The notes below the pieces were generated by a model that did not search any database, was not told the origin of the DNA, and was given only the letters and a program-made list of their open reading frames with translations. Positions 33,600 to 49,084 of a stretch of DNA of 64,000 bases are shown piece by piece. Both the position numbers and the translations under genes were made by a program. Every line of letters starts with the position of its first letter. Position 1 is the stretch's first letter. The DNA is from Eledone cirrhosa. Taxonomy: Eukaryota. The DNA lies in contig OZ024742.1 in the NCBI GenBank assembly GCA_964016885.1, forward strand, positions 270,196,001-270,260,000, given 5' to 3'.

Positions 33600-34164
33600 G
33601 GTTTTTTTTTATTCGATAATTTTTAAAAATGTAAAAAAAGTTCAAACATTATACTTTCCCATTCACAGGGCAAAGTCCAAGGGTTATATCCCTTACACAA
33701 CAACAACAAATTCAATAAATAAGTTTTGACAGGTAAATAAATAGACTTAAGAGAGCGAGCAAAAAGACGGCCGTTTAGACATAATAACAACAATAATGGA
33801 TGTGTAAAATAGTGATGACAGTAATCATAAGAATAACATGAAAAGAAATACGATATATGATAGGCGAAATATAATTTATTGAGTTCATGAATTGGCGAAA
33901 TAAAAATACAAGAGGTACATCAAAAATAAGAGGTTTAAAATACAAAATAAAAAAGTAAGAGAGAAAGAGATAAAGAAAAGGAGATAGAGAATAAAGAATA
34001 CGGATTGGAGGATAAGACATAAAGGGTAGGACTAAGGATGGAGGAGCAGAGGATAGACAGATAGACAATAAAAAAGTGAAAGGGACAGTGAGGATATATG
34101 GGTAATTAATGTTTTGTAGACTGATTGTTGATAGTGTATAGCCATCTATGTGACTAAAACTGTA

Positions 34165-34327
34165 TTGGCAGTATCGGAAAAGGGTCGGATGCCATGCTTT
34201 GCAGCATAGAGTTACTGCCCTTTGCGGTCTGATTTCAAATACCGCCGAGGTTAACTTTGCCTTTCATCCGTACGGGGTCGATAAAATAATTAACTTGCCT
34301 TGTGTCAAAAGTAGAAACAATTATTAT
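34165..34327 (+). mobile_element. tRNA-derived SINE
   Basis: tggcagtatcgg A box, gatttcaaat B box, central gcctttcatcc..cggggtcgataaaata, AT-rich tail; same family as 46483-46675. Confidence 0.8.
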
Positions 34328-34839
34328 GAAAACCTTAGGACATTTCCGTTCAACTCTAGAGAATGAAACATTTAGTCTCGTATAAATCATATTCAATCTG
34401 ATGTACCACATGTTTCCGCTGGCACATGCCTGTATCGGGGATAAGGCAGTTAGTCAGCGAGCATTAATTGTTGTTGTCACTAGATTGTTTTTTAAACAGT
34501 GAAGGAAAGAGTGTGCTAATTGTATGACCAGTCCTTTGCTGATAGATTTACGGATAGCTGTGGTTATGCTTTCACTGAAATGTGGTAATATTATGAAGCA
34601 GGTGTTAGAGGCAGTTCGTGGCGCTGTCGATTATTGATTCAATTCACTGTGGATGTTGGGTATACGTTCGTCTTCAGTACATCTATGAAGTGTGCAGTGT
34701 AAGTGATCTGGTCCTCTGTCTTGCCACATTTGTTCCGGATACATGTAGGTTCATTTCTTATGTATTCGGTTTTAGCACGAAGGGGAATGGCTGATCGATA
34801 ATGCTCAAACAGATCTCTACTGGCAGCTTTCCTATAGAA

Positions 34840-35080
34840 GCTGATAGTATGCAACAAATCTAAGGAGTTGTGCATTGGTAGCACGACTCGAGCACTCCAC
34901 ACTCGTATCAAAGAACACCTCAACACACATGCATCCTCATTAAAAAAACACATTAAAAAAATGTAGAAACATCAAACAGCATATTACCGTTACTATTGAA
35001 GCTACTGATAGAAATGTCGGCAATTTAAGAATTAAGGAAGCCTTGCTTCATACGTTGATTCAACCCGCAAACAAATAATA
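34840..35080 (+). pseudogene. PLE GIY-YIG remnant
   Basis: CNKSKELCIGSTTRALHTRIKEHL...NLRIKEALL. Confidence 0.7.
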
Positions 35081-35456
35081 TATTGGAGCACAGTACACAA
35101 TATTTAACATGCACACACACTGAACAGCATCCCATACAAAAAAGAAAATTGATTCCACGAAATACTACATTGCCGACTGACGTCATTCTCGTGAATAGCA
35201 AATTAACCACACACAAAAAAAAAAAACGCTTGAAAACGACTTTAAAAAATTTGAATCACCATTTAACCCCAAAGAGAAGAAATTGAAACATTATCGACTG
35301 AAAGTTCCTTAAACAGCGAAGAAGGGACTTTTAGCTACCAAAATAATGGACATAAAAACAATAACAAAAAACTAAACAAAGATTCTTAGGTAACTTACTT
35401 TTCGTTAACGCATCTTACAATCCATTTTCACGTTTAGGCATCTATCACTTTCAACG

Positions 35457-35545
<89 letters not shown>

Positions 35546-38500
35546 TTCGTGTGTGTATATATATGTGTCTGTATGTGTGTGTGTGTGTGTGTGTATGAGT
35601 GTATGTAGTGTGAGTCTAAGTGTGTATGTGTGTGTGTGAAATGCCAATCATCCTTTCAGTTACTATGCCCAAGCTGGTGCAGCTAACATCTATACCACCA
35701 TTTATCCACTGCTGCCCACTCACACCATTTTTTTCTTTCGCTGAGCATTACACTACATATCACAGACAATACTTTATTCTAAGTATCACTTTAATCAGCA
35801 CTCGATTGCTTCTGTGTGAGTGAGTACCTGGAATTGTTTCTAAACTAAATTATTTATCCTATAAATCTGTTTTATTCGTTCCATCTTGGCGATGGAAACA
35901 CCTGCAGAGCTCCTTATTACTGTCACATCTACCAAAACGGCTATTAACAAAATAATTAAAGTGTCAGTTGGTTCAGGCTTTATTGCTATACTCATATGTT
36001 TCTGCTTCTTTGTAGATATGCTCCTCTTTATATGAATAGTATTGGTCAAATATTTTCAGTTTAGTGAACTTTAGTTAATAGATAATAACGGGTAACCAGT
36101 CAGAAAACCGACTTTTTTTAAGAAAAAAAAAAAAAAAAAAGAATTACGAATGTCAGTTCCATATGATATATTAAATATAAAGAATACATAGATTAAATAT
36201 AATACATAGAGTAAATTATAAATTTACTTAACTTTCTTCTTATTTAATGCATTGTTGCGTGTGAATCTCATCTGAAATTCCTCCAATATCTGGATCAATA
36301 GAAGTGGCGTGTAAGTAATTTCATATAAGTTTGAACATTTAATAAAATTGATTAAATGTTGAAATCGCCTAAATCCACTTGAACATGTTACAAATGGCAT
36401 GAGGCTCCGGAACAACAGAACACCGATTCATATCTCCTGAATTGTTTAAACTAGATATCCCATGATTGAATGAAAATCATAACTAACTATTTGATGTTTG
36501 GGAATCCAACATGGTAAATTGATCATTAAGTGTCTTGCCGCGTTGTCGAATAAGTAATATGTTCATATCAATAATTAGTGTACATTGGTTTTATTTGGAG
36601 AAAGGGCAAAATGCCGCTATCTTCGACAGACCTGCGGAGACCGGAGAGTTTAAGATAGTTGGTATTCCTCATGTACAACTGCAATTCGACAGCTGTTAGA
36701 AACAAATGCATACACAAACTGGCAGTTCATGTGGCAGAGGTTATTAGAAGGAACGAGGCGATAACATTTTCTGTATAGTTTATGGAGAGGAACTCAGTAT
36801 AAATTGTTAGAAAATCTTTGGAGTGGTCGATAAGGTGAGGCAAATGAATCTATGGGAGTAAGTCTATGTGTCACGGGTCCGATTATAGCGAGAGGAAGAA
36901 ATCGATATAGGAACAGTAAAAAAGACAGTGCGGATTCAGATCATCTGTATATCAGAAGTTATAATGGGCTTGCTATGACTCCAATTCAAACAAAAGATAT
37001 TTTCCTCTCAGTTTTTATGATTTCTAAATTGTAGTAGTGATAATCTGAAATGTACAGAACAAGTATACCGTTCCTGGTATCACTTGATCCTTTAAAATAT
37101 GTAATAGTTTAGGAGTGGAAAGATTCTCTGATCCAGACAAATAAGGTATTGTTGCTTTCTCTCCAGCTAAGGCTAACTAAATTTCAATCGATCAAATCTT
37201 ACGTATCATAAGTTTTCTCTAGTTTTTACAATTAACTTTTTAAAAATATATAATGGTGATACTAGTAACCTTCAGTCATTACCTCTGGGTGGATATTCAT
37301 AACTGAAATAAGATTACTGAAGCGGTCATTATGTAAGAAGATAAATTTCGTGAAATGATTTTTGGCGAATGTTGGATGTTGGAGATGAGATAATAGAGTG
37401 AGGTTGATACATGTTTACGCAAGGTTTTGTAGCTATGCCAGAGAAAGAACTATAGTAAATAATTCCAAAATATTTTGAAGGGGAAATATTACATTCAGGT
37501 ATAGTAAGTTGTTGAGCAAGAAATAAATGTTTCCTCATTGCAATACATTTATCGTGTCTCCAGCTTTTTCGTTTACTTCTCAAAGTCAGCATTGATTGAG
37601 AAACCCTATGACCAAACGCTATCCATCAGTGCCCGCTTTATCTTTACCTAGCATTATATTGTACAATATACTATATTATTTTTAAAAGAGCGCATTGAAT
37701 TATTTGACAGTTTTATGGAAGTCAACTTATCATCGGGAGGCTTCTTCATTCCATGCTTAGCGTGTTTTTGTAAGTGTCGACAATGCTAAGTATAAATAAA
37801 CAAAATCTACAATCAGTTCAGACGTTTTATTCATTATATGAAAATACGTCGCCATGACCCTACTATTCTTTTTATACATATGTCAGGTCTCTGTAATTTC
37901 TATTAGTCATTATGTTAGCAAGATGTTTTTTTTCAATAGGCATCGTTTGAATGGTAAATTAAATCTCGTAGCAATTAATCATTCTCACATTCTCTTAAGA
38001 ACTGAGATATTTCTCAACAGGACATGAACTGTGTCGTGTGTATGCTCTGATAAGTGCCATTACGCAATTATCACGATTAATATGTTTTTTTTAAGGAAAT
38101 GTGTTTATTTTTTCTTAATCTCTCAATGAGGAGAGAGAAGATTTCTAAGGAGTGCATGACATTCTCAATTAAAAGTATGTAATGACCAGTGAAGTTGGTG
38201 ATATAAAAAGCCTCAAAATAATTCTCCCAATACTATAGCATATACCCATTCATTGAACGGCGCTATAATTCTAACCTTCATGTTATCTATGAGCTTGCTA
38301 GAAAGAGCTGACAAATGTCCCCCAAGGTAACTCAATATACTTTAGAAATGAACAACATCTGGCAGGTAGGGATGTAACGATATTTGCATTTGAGTGGAGG
38401 TCTGTTGAAGCAAATAGCAGGTGAAGCAAATTAATAGCATCGTGGCTACGTACACGTCCATAATATTTCCAACGTAGTGCTGATTGAACGGGGAAAAACC

Positions 38501-38980
38501 GTTACACTCAATTTGATATTGTCACAATTTGAAAATGAATAAATAAAAGTAACGATCGTGATGATGAGGGGTTCGATCTAGCAAACCGATATTTAAAGAC
38601 AGGACATTCAATAAATAACCTGTCTATTACATAACAGAAAATATCTTAGAACTACATTATCCAACACGTCCCATTTTAAGCTTGTGTCAAGTAAAATTTT
38701 ACTTATACACCTTGTAATTCAAATGATTATATTAACGGTCTGACACCGGCTAGATCATATTACAGTAGCAAATTGTTTCGGGGTAAGTTTGTAATCAAGA
38801 TACGGTCACGGGGACAATGCTATGACTACCTTCAATAATAAGGTCTAGCTAATGACGGGTTACATCATCAATAGCTGCACACGAATAATTTGGTTCATAC
38901 TTTCACATTCATATAGAATCCTTCGATAAGAGTGTTTTCATTATCATTGCTTCCCCTCCCTCTTTCTCTCTCTCTCTCTC

Positions 38981-39065
<85 letters not shown>

Positions 39066-39157
39066 ATAATAATAAATTTGAAGATCCCGTTAAGGGTGAA
39101 AGCAGCGATTCTTTGCTTAAACTTTAATCTGTTATTTTAATATATATATATATATAT

Positions 39158-39927
39158 AGTATAAAGAAAACGAAAAATCAGTGATGCATCCGGACTTAAT
39201 TTATTGCGTGTACAATTGTTTCGCCAGCAGGTAGCTCGAGACATGTTGCTTGTATGGATCTGGGTCATTCTACTGCTGCAGGTTCTTTCAGACACGGGTA
39301 TTTCGTTCGGAGCAAATTTTATGACTGGGGTGTTATCATCAAAAACCACCCTCAAGAAACCCTACTTCCACTCCTGTCAAGCCATTGGCTGTTTTTACTC
39401 CACGTCAGCACACGTTCTGGTCAGTATTTACTGCCACACGGGTCATCAGCCATTTTCCGTCCGACACATGTCATTGGATTCATGCTAGGTTCAGTATCTC
39501 ACGCGTCTGTTCACACTTCAGAGTAAGCAACCACACAGACGAATATACACACACATAGAGAGACACATGCAGACACAGACACATTCATGCATACACACAC
39601 GTACGCCTACATGCGCAGACACCCCCCACACATACATACATATATGTATATATACACTTACACTCTCTCCCTCACTTCCACACACCCAGTCGCACCAACT
39701 TGTAGATAGATATCGCCACAAGCCTTATAACGGCTGCTTAATTCGCGCCATGTATCCGGTGGGATAAGCATGGCCTACAAAAACATACACATATATACAT
39801 ACATACGCGCGCACACATACATACGCAAAACCTTATATACATTTATGTATAAGTATATATATGCACACTCATACACACACATATATACATACACACACAT
39901 ACGCATACATACATATACACACACATA

Positions 39928-39991
<64 letters not shown>

Positions 39992-40618
39992 CATATACAC
40001 ACATATATATATACTCACACATGCCCACACATACATACACATACGTACAGACAAATTACATACAACCTAACATGCATACGTACACCCACATATATACATA
40101 CATATACCTACGCGTATGCAGACAAATATACATCTACACATGCATACGCACACGTGGTGCCACATGCATACACCTGCACATATGAATATCTGCCTACACA
40201 CACATGTGCTTCCATATATACATATATAAACAAAACCGTAAAATAAAAAAATAAAAATACATTATACATTAAAATACAGAATATACCATAAAATAACGGT
40301 AAAATACTATAACATAACATATAAAATATAAGGTATAAAATATCAGTAAATTATACAATATGATATATATATATATATCTCCCCATATATATATATATAT
40401 ACACACACACATGTACACAGATTCATACATACATACACGGATATATACAAAGGATATGTGATAAAGTAGTACAAAAAGAATAATAGTAATAATAAAAACA
40501 CATATACTCCATATATAATCATCCATACATATTCCTGTGATATGCACATAAACACATACATGTATGCACAAATACACATACACACATATAGAGGCCCACA
40601 TATGCATACACCCGCACC

Positions 40619-40657
<39 letters not shown>

Positions 40658-41470
40658 CGAATGAAAAGTGGTAAGGTACCAGGTGGACCATAACGCACCA
40701 AAGTACTCAATACTTAGGGTAGTAGAGTACTTGTTCCTATATATATATATATATATATATACATATATATACATATATATATATATATATACATATATAT
40801 ACATATATATACACACTTACTCAGCCCCCCCCCGCACACACACCTACTCATACATGGATATACGTACACACGCACACATATATAGACATACATATATATA
40901 TATATATTCGTATATACACACATATATACACACATACACACACATTTTCCGCCACATATGTACATACATGCACATGTTTGCTCATACACACGATTATAAG
41001 CTTATGCACACACGCACCCATGCCCACATGCCCATATATATATCCCCGCACACACCCACGTATATATACATCTACATCTACACACACACACACATACATA
41101 TACCTACGCAGAGGTCCACACATAAAAACACGCGAATAAAAACACAATATGATAATAAAATAAAATAAATAAATAAATTTACAATATTTTAGGGTACTTT
41201 AAAATATGTATGTAACTGCATAAATAGGTACAAGAAACGAAATACCCGTGTCTGAAAGAACCTGCAGCAGTAGAATCAACCAGATCCATACAAGGGCAAT
41301 GTCTCGAGCTACCTGCCGGCGAAACAATTGTAACACGCAATAAATTAAGTCCAGATTCATCACTGATTTTCGTTTTTCTTTATACTATCTACACTTTACT
41401 CTGCTCAATATCGACTGCTACTGTTGGCTTGCCGCCTATGGAAGCACCATAGCTACCATTTTACACAACT
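39158..41470. mobile_element. Inverted-arm element (39158-39309 / 41236-41387, plus ~85-nt tail) with HHR-like motif; interior filled with microsatellites
   Basis: Arms are reverse complements; cgtgt-CTGAAAGA-(long stem II)-GAAA-caattg-TA-acacg at 41247-41337. Confidence 0.75.
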
Positions 41471-41479
41471 ATATATATA

Positions 41480-41893
41480 TGTAGGAAGGTGAGTTTTATT
41501 GTAGTACAATAAAGCAATGCAGATATCGGATAAGAAGCACTCTACAATTTGTAGGACTGGAGTATACATAATATATACGATCATCCTTCCTCATCCTTCC
41601 TCAGTATACTCCTCCCCCTCCACTTTTTACTCTCATCTACTCCTCTTTTTCATCCTTTCCACCCCCACCCCCCTCAAAAAATCTTTTTTCCCAATATCAC
41701 ACATCAATCTAAAACTACTTTTCATATGTTGATTTAAAACTGCACTATTCACAAGTGTTTTTTAACCTTCACATCATGTCTTCCTATTTTATCTGATGAA
41801 AACACAAATGTTATTGCATGATGATATTTGTTTTGGAAATGCGCATAATAAAATACATGGAACTGTTTTAACCATCTTTTGATCTTATATATT
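41480..41893. mobile_element. Asymmetric pLTR-like element with HHR at 41785-41855(+); sister copy at 62645-62957
   Basis: tattttat-CTGATGA-aaacacaaat..atttgtttt-g-GAAA-tgcgca-TA-ataaaata. Confidence 0.8.
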
Positions 41894-42100
41894 ATATATA
41901 TATATATATATAAAATACACAAACATCGTGGTAATACACGTACAGAAGCACTAAACTGATCTATCTATCTATCTCTCGATCTATCTATAAATATATATTG
42001 CAACAGATGTCAACGTGAATGGACATATTATTTTTATCTAAAGATATTTTTTCCTATTCCATCCCGCCCGTCCCTTTAATCTATTTTATGTCTCATTCTT

Positions 42101-42135
42101 TCTTCTGATGGGGACTAGCGTCTGAAACGTTAAGA
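42101..42135 (+). ncRNA. Minimal HHR-like motif (A9G variant) in a probable pLTR remnant
   Basis: tctt-CTGATGG-ggac tagc gtct-GAAA-cg-TT-aaga. Confidence 0.55.
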
Positions 42136-42272
42136 CCCTCTTCCTGCTTTATCAAGTGTTAACCTAATACATACCTTCCATATACTGTACCGATTGTGTT
42201 GTTATTTCTGTTTACTTTTTACACACACACATATATATATATACATATATATATATACACACAATATGTATA

Positions 42273-42358
<86 letters not shown>

Positions 42359-42371
42359 TGTATATGCATAC

Positions 42372-42492
<121 letters not shown>

Positions 42493-43213
42493 TATATTTA
42501 ATACAATAACAGAGATAGCTTAACGCTAAACTCCGACTGGTAGCCATCTCACTCAACACACATTAGGTTATATGTTAGTATAACCCAACTTAAGTTTTTG
42601 GGGTGCTAACTATATGTATTTTGTGGAAAGCCAGTTGTATTATTTTATGAGATATAATTAAAGTTAAAATATATCTCTCTTTCCAAACAATTGTTTCATT
42701 ATAAGTTTTCTTCAAGTTGGGAGAATGTTTCCAGTTTATGTAGAAGCCTAACATATATTCATGTAAGAATATATTTAGGTGGGCACTTATAAATCTTCAG
42801 TGGAAGCCCATTAAACTTTGAAATAAGAAAACATTTCTTACCGCAGTTAAAAATCGTGTCCGCTAAGCTGCTCCTTCACGCATCGAATGACCGCCAAATT
42901 TGAAATTCCAGCAGTCTTTTGACTGAGGAAGTTTCATAGCGTCACGAAGCGGGAAAGGGAGACAACCACGACACGAGAAAAGAAAAAAATAATATACACT
43001 CGGGTTAATTAGTTTTTTCAAAAACATTATCAATTCAACGTGTTAAGAACTCAATTGAAATTAAAAAAATAAATGTATGCGTGTATTATTTACACACTCA
43101 TATAGATATTTTCTTAGGCCAATCACAGAGGTGATACCAAAATAACAAACCACATCACATCACCGCAGTAATATATATTAATATATATATATATACACAG
43201 GCACGCACACACA

Positions 43214-43286
<73 letters not shown>

Positions 43287-43297
43287 GCGCGCACACT

Positions 43298-43355
<58 letters not shown>

Positions 43356-43615
43356 TCCAGTTCCTCGGAGGACGTACAACACACTCAGGAGCTGGACATA
43401 TCGATGTTTTGACATTTCAACATGTGTACTTGTCATTTCCACACCAATTCGGACTGCAGAGTTCACAGCCAATAATAGATGTCATGGAAATATATATATA
43501 CCAGAACATTTTTTATTTATAATAAACGAAGCCAAATGTTACATGTTTGCCATATTTAAATTTGATTACATTAAATATACCAACCTGCATACTTCGTCGA
43601 GTGCATAATATATTG

Positions 43616-43685
<70 letters not shown>

Positions 43686-43709
43686 TATATATATGTATAT
43701 ATATATATA

Positions 43710-45310
43710 GTTAAAGAATGAAGATTAACCTGGTTGTCTGTACAATAAGGGCTTTATTTAATGTACTGACAATTGTTTCGTTGATCATGTGGGTCTAGAG
43801 TTCGCTAATCGCTTGATGTTGCGTTATTGTATCTCCAATACATTATTCACCTATGGTCAACACATCAGAGCATGTAGATATGAAAATAATTCACTCGAAG
43901 CAAAAGTTATATAGAGAAATAGCGTATAATTAAAACAATAACATCAATAATAAAATACCGTATACTATAAACAATAACATCAATAATAATACATGTATGT
44001 TAAATAGGTAGAGAAGTTACAGATGTAAAAAGTAAAATTAGAGTAAAAGATAGGGTACATAAAAAGGTAAGAACATGAGAGAATCGAAAATATAAAGAGA
44101 TACATAAATAAGTGAGATCGTGTAAGTACATAGTGGTAGTTTTTGAGTAAGTTTTCTTTAGTGGGAAGCTAGGTTTGAAATGTACATAGGTACGTGTAGA
44201 GGGTCCGATAAAAGAGACAATAAATTAGAGATTCATTTCTGGATGTATATATGATATTTATGTGCTAGATATGACAGGACATTTGATAAACGCTTATTGT
44301 AAATGTTTTGCTGATTGTTCTATCTTAATAGGGCGGATGGAGAGAGGGTGGAAGACGTTTACAGAGATTTATTATTCAGTGATTGGTTGGCAGTTTGAAA
44401 GCTAATAGCAGTGCGATTGTATGCATTCTATATGTTAAAATCTAGGTGGTTTAGTACTAATTTAGAGATTGTTGGTTCAATTCATGGTGGTTTAAAATTT
44501 GTGAATAGCTATTTTATGTCCACAGAAAATAGATCTTTCTATTTTGCTGTTAAGCAGCATCCCATCGTACCTTAAGAGATGTAGTAGTTCTAAATTACAA
44601 AGCTCGCAGTGGGACATAACTTTGCTGTAGGCTTTCGCTACCGATAATTTTGACCAGCTAATGTTATAGTCTAGGTTTCTGTCCTTAAGTTTCTAGATTT
44701 TATTGGCGAGCTTTGTAGAGTTCTCCAGTGCACGGTTCTTCATGGAGGGTCTGAGGACGTACCAGCTTTTCTTAAAGTCCCCAGACGTAGAACATGTGTA
44801 GTGCCAGGTGGAATTGCCTGAATTCACAGTACACCGGTATACCATACTTGAATCCAGGCAACTGTTCTGTAGTGGGCACTTATCCGGTAGGTGGCAATTA
44901 CAATTAGAATTTTATTTTGTGCAGGTTCATCGTTGCAGTTTTGTAAGTTGTTGAGGGTTGGTTGTGATTTAGGCCTATTAATGTTTTGTCGTGATGTGTT
45001 CCGATGCGTTTGTGGTTGTGATGTTGTTATATGTGTATTTTGTATTTGGTGGTATGGTACGTGTTGGTAGGTTAATTTCTTTAGATATATTTGTGTGGTT
45101 GATCTTACGTATGTGCGATTCTATGTTGGCTGGAGTAAAGTAGAAAAGTTTTATAGTTTTTCTATTGAAGATTGTATGGTATTTGTGTAGTGCATAGCAA
45201 TGCTTATCTATTAGTTTAAATAATGTAGAAGGTAGTTTAGTTGTTATAGAGGAGTTGAATATTGGATTGAACCATATGTACTTTCTATCTCTGATTATTT
45301 TATAGTTTTT
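43710..45310 (-). mobile_element. 5'-truncated PLE (linker + GIY-YIG + 3' UTR with HHR-like motif at 43762-43875)
   Basis: WFNPIFN..FKLIDKH..IFNRKTIKL, CNCHLPDKCPLQNSC..MVYRCTV, STKLANKI, CELCNLE. Confidence 0.85.
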
Positions 45311-45416
45311 TTGGACCCTTATTTATTTTTTGGGGTCCTAATATATTTATAATAAATTTAAGTGAAAGCAACTGGTGCGTGTGTTTCTTATTGGCAACAT
45401 CATGACCCTCCCACAG

Positions 45417-45526
<110 letters not shown>

Positions 45527-45575
45527 TACATATGTATTTATATACATATATATTTATATACATATATATATATAT

Positions 45576-46258
45576 AATACCACATTGGTTTGATAAATTT
45601 AACCTTAAGCAAACGGAAAATATAGAATAGATATACAGACCGTCTCAATAACTATTTAATCTCTCGGAGAAATTAGAGATTTAATCTGTTTCGCCCTGAA
45701 AATTGTGTTTGTAACAGATAATCCGTAGGCATTTCTCGGCGAGAGATAATATTAAATGCAACACGCACATACAACTAAAAGCCACACAAGTGAATATCCC
45801 ACCTCGTGCGCCGGACGTTAAAAGTGGTGTGAGACGATATGCTAAAAACAATAGACTTAATACACCCAACTTATAAGCTCACCCAGATAAGGAGCCGAAA
45901 TTCAAATAATATACATAGTTACTAACTCATATTGATAGCCTGTAATTAACAAGCTCAAAGTATAAATACTGAATAAGAAATAAACACAGTAAATTGTGTC
46001 TAAAATTACGAGGGTTGTAATACCACATTCGTTTGATAAATTTAACCTGAAGCAAACGGAAAATATAGAATTAATATACAGACCGTCACAATAACTATTT
46101 CATCTATCGGACAGATTAGAGATTTAATCTGTTTTTGGACACAAAATTTACTGTGTTTATTTCTACATATATTGTTATATAATGCTCAGTATTTATATTT
46201 TGAGCTTGTTAATTTCAGGGTATCATCAATATGAGTTAGTAACTCTGTATTTTATTTG
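45576..46258. mobile_element. ~441-bp-unit partial tandem plus inversion, with decayed HHR (45660-45746, minus)
   Basis: 45576-45692 repeats directly at 46018-46133; 46133-46258 is the reverse complement of ~45903-46005; (TA)n flanks. Confidence 0.8.
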
Positions 46259-46333
46259 TATATAAATATATATGTATATAATTATATACGAGACAAGCGG
46301 AACTCAGCTGACAGAGGCCTGGCTCTTTTCATA

Positions 46334-46387
<54 letters not shown>

Positions 46388-46482
46388 AAAATGTGTGCGA
46401 TCCTTGGTACAGTTAGGTATATTTGAAAAAAAGAAAAGAATGACTTCACTTGTAGTGTTAAAGAATTTATGATTTAATGTCA

Positions 46483-46675
46483 AAATATAATTGTTTCTAC
46501 TTTTAGCACAAGGCCAGCAAAACTCCAGTACATTACTGGTACGTTATTTTATCGACCCCGTAAGGATGAAAGGCAAAGTTAACCTTAGAGGGATTTGAAC
46601 TCAGACATAAAGGGACGTAACTATGCTGGAAAGCATGTCCGGCCCTCTACCGATACTGCCAATTCATCTCCCTAT
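46483..46675 (-). mobile_element. tRNA-derived SINE inserted in the inverted arm
   Basis: Reverse complement of the family at 34165; absent from the partner arm near 50185. Confidence 0.8.
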
Positions 46676-47642
46676 TATAATATTATGAGTTGGTAGATCC
46701 AGTAAGTTCTTTTTTAACTTCGGTGGGAAGAATTTTAGAAATTCCTTGTTAACTTGGGTTGGAGAACTTTCTAGCATTCGTCTGTCTGTGGTGATTGCCA
46801 AACTGAGATCAGGTTGTGTTGAAATGTGTGACTATATATAAAAGATATTTGGATGTGTTTGGGTGTGGCGTGTGTGGTGTTAATGAGTGTGGATGATGAT
46901 GAAGGTCCGGAGGAATTAATGAATACATACACGTACAGACACACACACACACAAATATATATAAATTGTGAGGTTGTAAGATAAGGGTGTTTGAGTAGGT
47001 AGTCGAAAACCTATTCTCCTGCTGGTTTTATTTCATTAGCTGACCTTTGATGAGTTTATAATGCCATAGCTGAATCACCTCATCCATACCATAAATAATA
47101 TCTTCTACATATTTCTCTATCAAAGATGAATTCAGATGCTTGTCTTGGTTTTAATGAGGTATAAGATACATGTCTATTGATAAGAATAGGATGACAGGAA
47201 AAAGAGAAAACAAGGATAGTTTTGGAATGTTTGTCAAAGATGTGTTGTTGGTATTGGTCTGGGAGAGGAAGTGTGGGGAGACATGTTGGCTCATATACTC
47301 ACTTCCCTATATGTAAATATATCTACAGTCCATATATACTACATACAAACACATATCAACACATATATACGTACATATATATATATATACACATATATAT
47401 ATACACACACATACATACTCATACACACCCATAAATATATTTACTTATACATATATATGCACACACACATACATATATATATATATATACACTTATATAT
47501 CTATCTATCTATATATATATATATATATATTTACACACATATATACACACACACATGTATATACACCCATATATATACACACACAGATTTTATGTATGTT
47601 ATATACACATATATACATATATATTATACATATCTTTTACAT

Positions 47643-47691
<49 letters not shown>

Positions 47692-47781
47692 ACATACATA
47701 CACATATATTTTCTACATACATACACATAGATATATACATACACACACATACATACACATACATGCATACATATATATATT

Positions 47782-47860
<79 letters not shown>

Positions 47861-47961
47861 TATACATACATATAAATATATTTCAAAAATATATATATAC
47901 ATATATATACACCACATATACAGACACATATATTTTTTCTACATATATATATCATATACAC

Positions 47962-48000
<39 letters not shown>

Positions 48001-48820
48001 TACACATATACTGTACATACATGTTATACACACACCATATATATCCTATATATATACCACACATATATCCCACCCATATATCATATACATCCTATATAGG
48101 CACACTATACATATCCAACATACATATTATATATATCTCCCACACACATACATACATATGTATATAAGTATTCACATCGTGAATGGTTGCCAAAGCATAT
48201 ATATCTGTGAATTTGTCTAGTTTGTGTATATGTAAATCTTTATATTTAATAATCTCCTATAAGGTTGAGATGCAATTTGGGCAATATTGGGCTGCGCTTT
48301 CTAGCAACTAGCCCACTCTCCGTAAGCAAGCATTGACATTCTTTCTGACTTGACCACTGTCACATCACAGTTCTTAGCCATTTTGAATTCGTTTCTGGCG
48401 GAGATCACTTAAGAAAAATCCTTGTCCAAATGAGTTTATTTTCTTACCAGTTCAAAGCTCGAGATTTTATCCTTAATAGGATATTTCCGAAAGCCTACGA
48501 AACCCTAGGGTAGAAACTAGATCCTGGTATGTGTATATGCATTTTTTTCTTCTAAATTTAATGTTATACCTAATTGTGTATGGCTGACGGTATATTTAAT
48601 CGATTTCCACGTGCTGTTGAAATGTTGGGTAAATATTCTATGGCGGTTGGTCGCGAAGAGATTGCTGTAGTTTATTTATCTACTATTTCTTCGTAGGTAC
48701 CTTTTAATTTTATAGCCTGGTCTAATTGATTTTTTGTGTGGTTAATTATGGTAATTGGGAGAGGAAATGGTGTATATATATTATCAAATGATTCTATGGA
48801 CATAATTTATAGTATATATA

Positions 48821-48878
<58 letters not shown>

Positions 48879-49084
48879 ATATACACACATATATATTTTA
48901 TACATACATACACACATACATATACACACACATATATACTTACATACGCTCACGCACATACATATACACATACATATATATATTCTCCACACTTTTTATA
49001 TACACACACATACACATATATATTCCATTTCAACACATTTTATACCTCCTACATATATATATATTTTTGTTTATAAGCAGAAGG

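Noticed and set aside
35820-38940. Possible host exons in less repetitive sequence
   Set aside because: The frames I translated (35820-37600) hit stops and show no recognisable domain; the rest has no long ORF; RNA-seq or BLASTX needed
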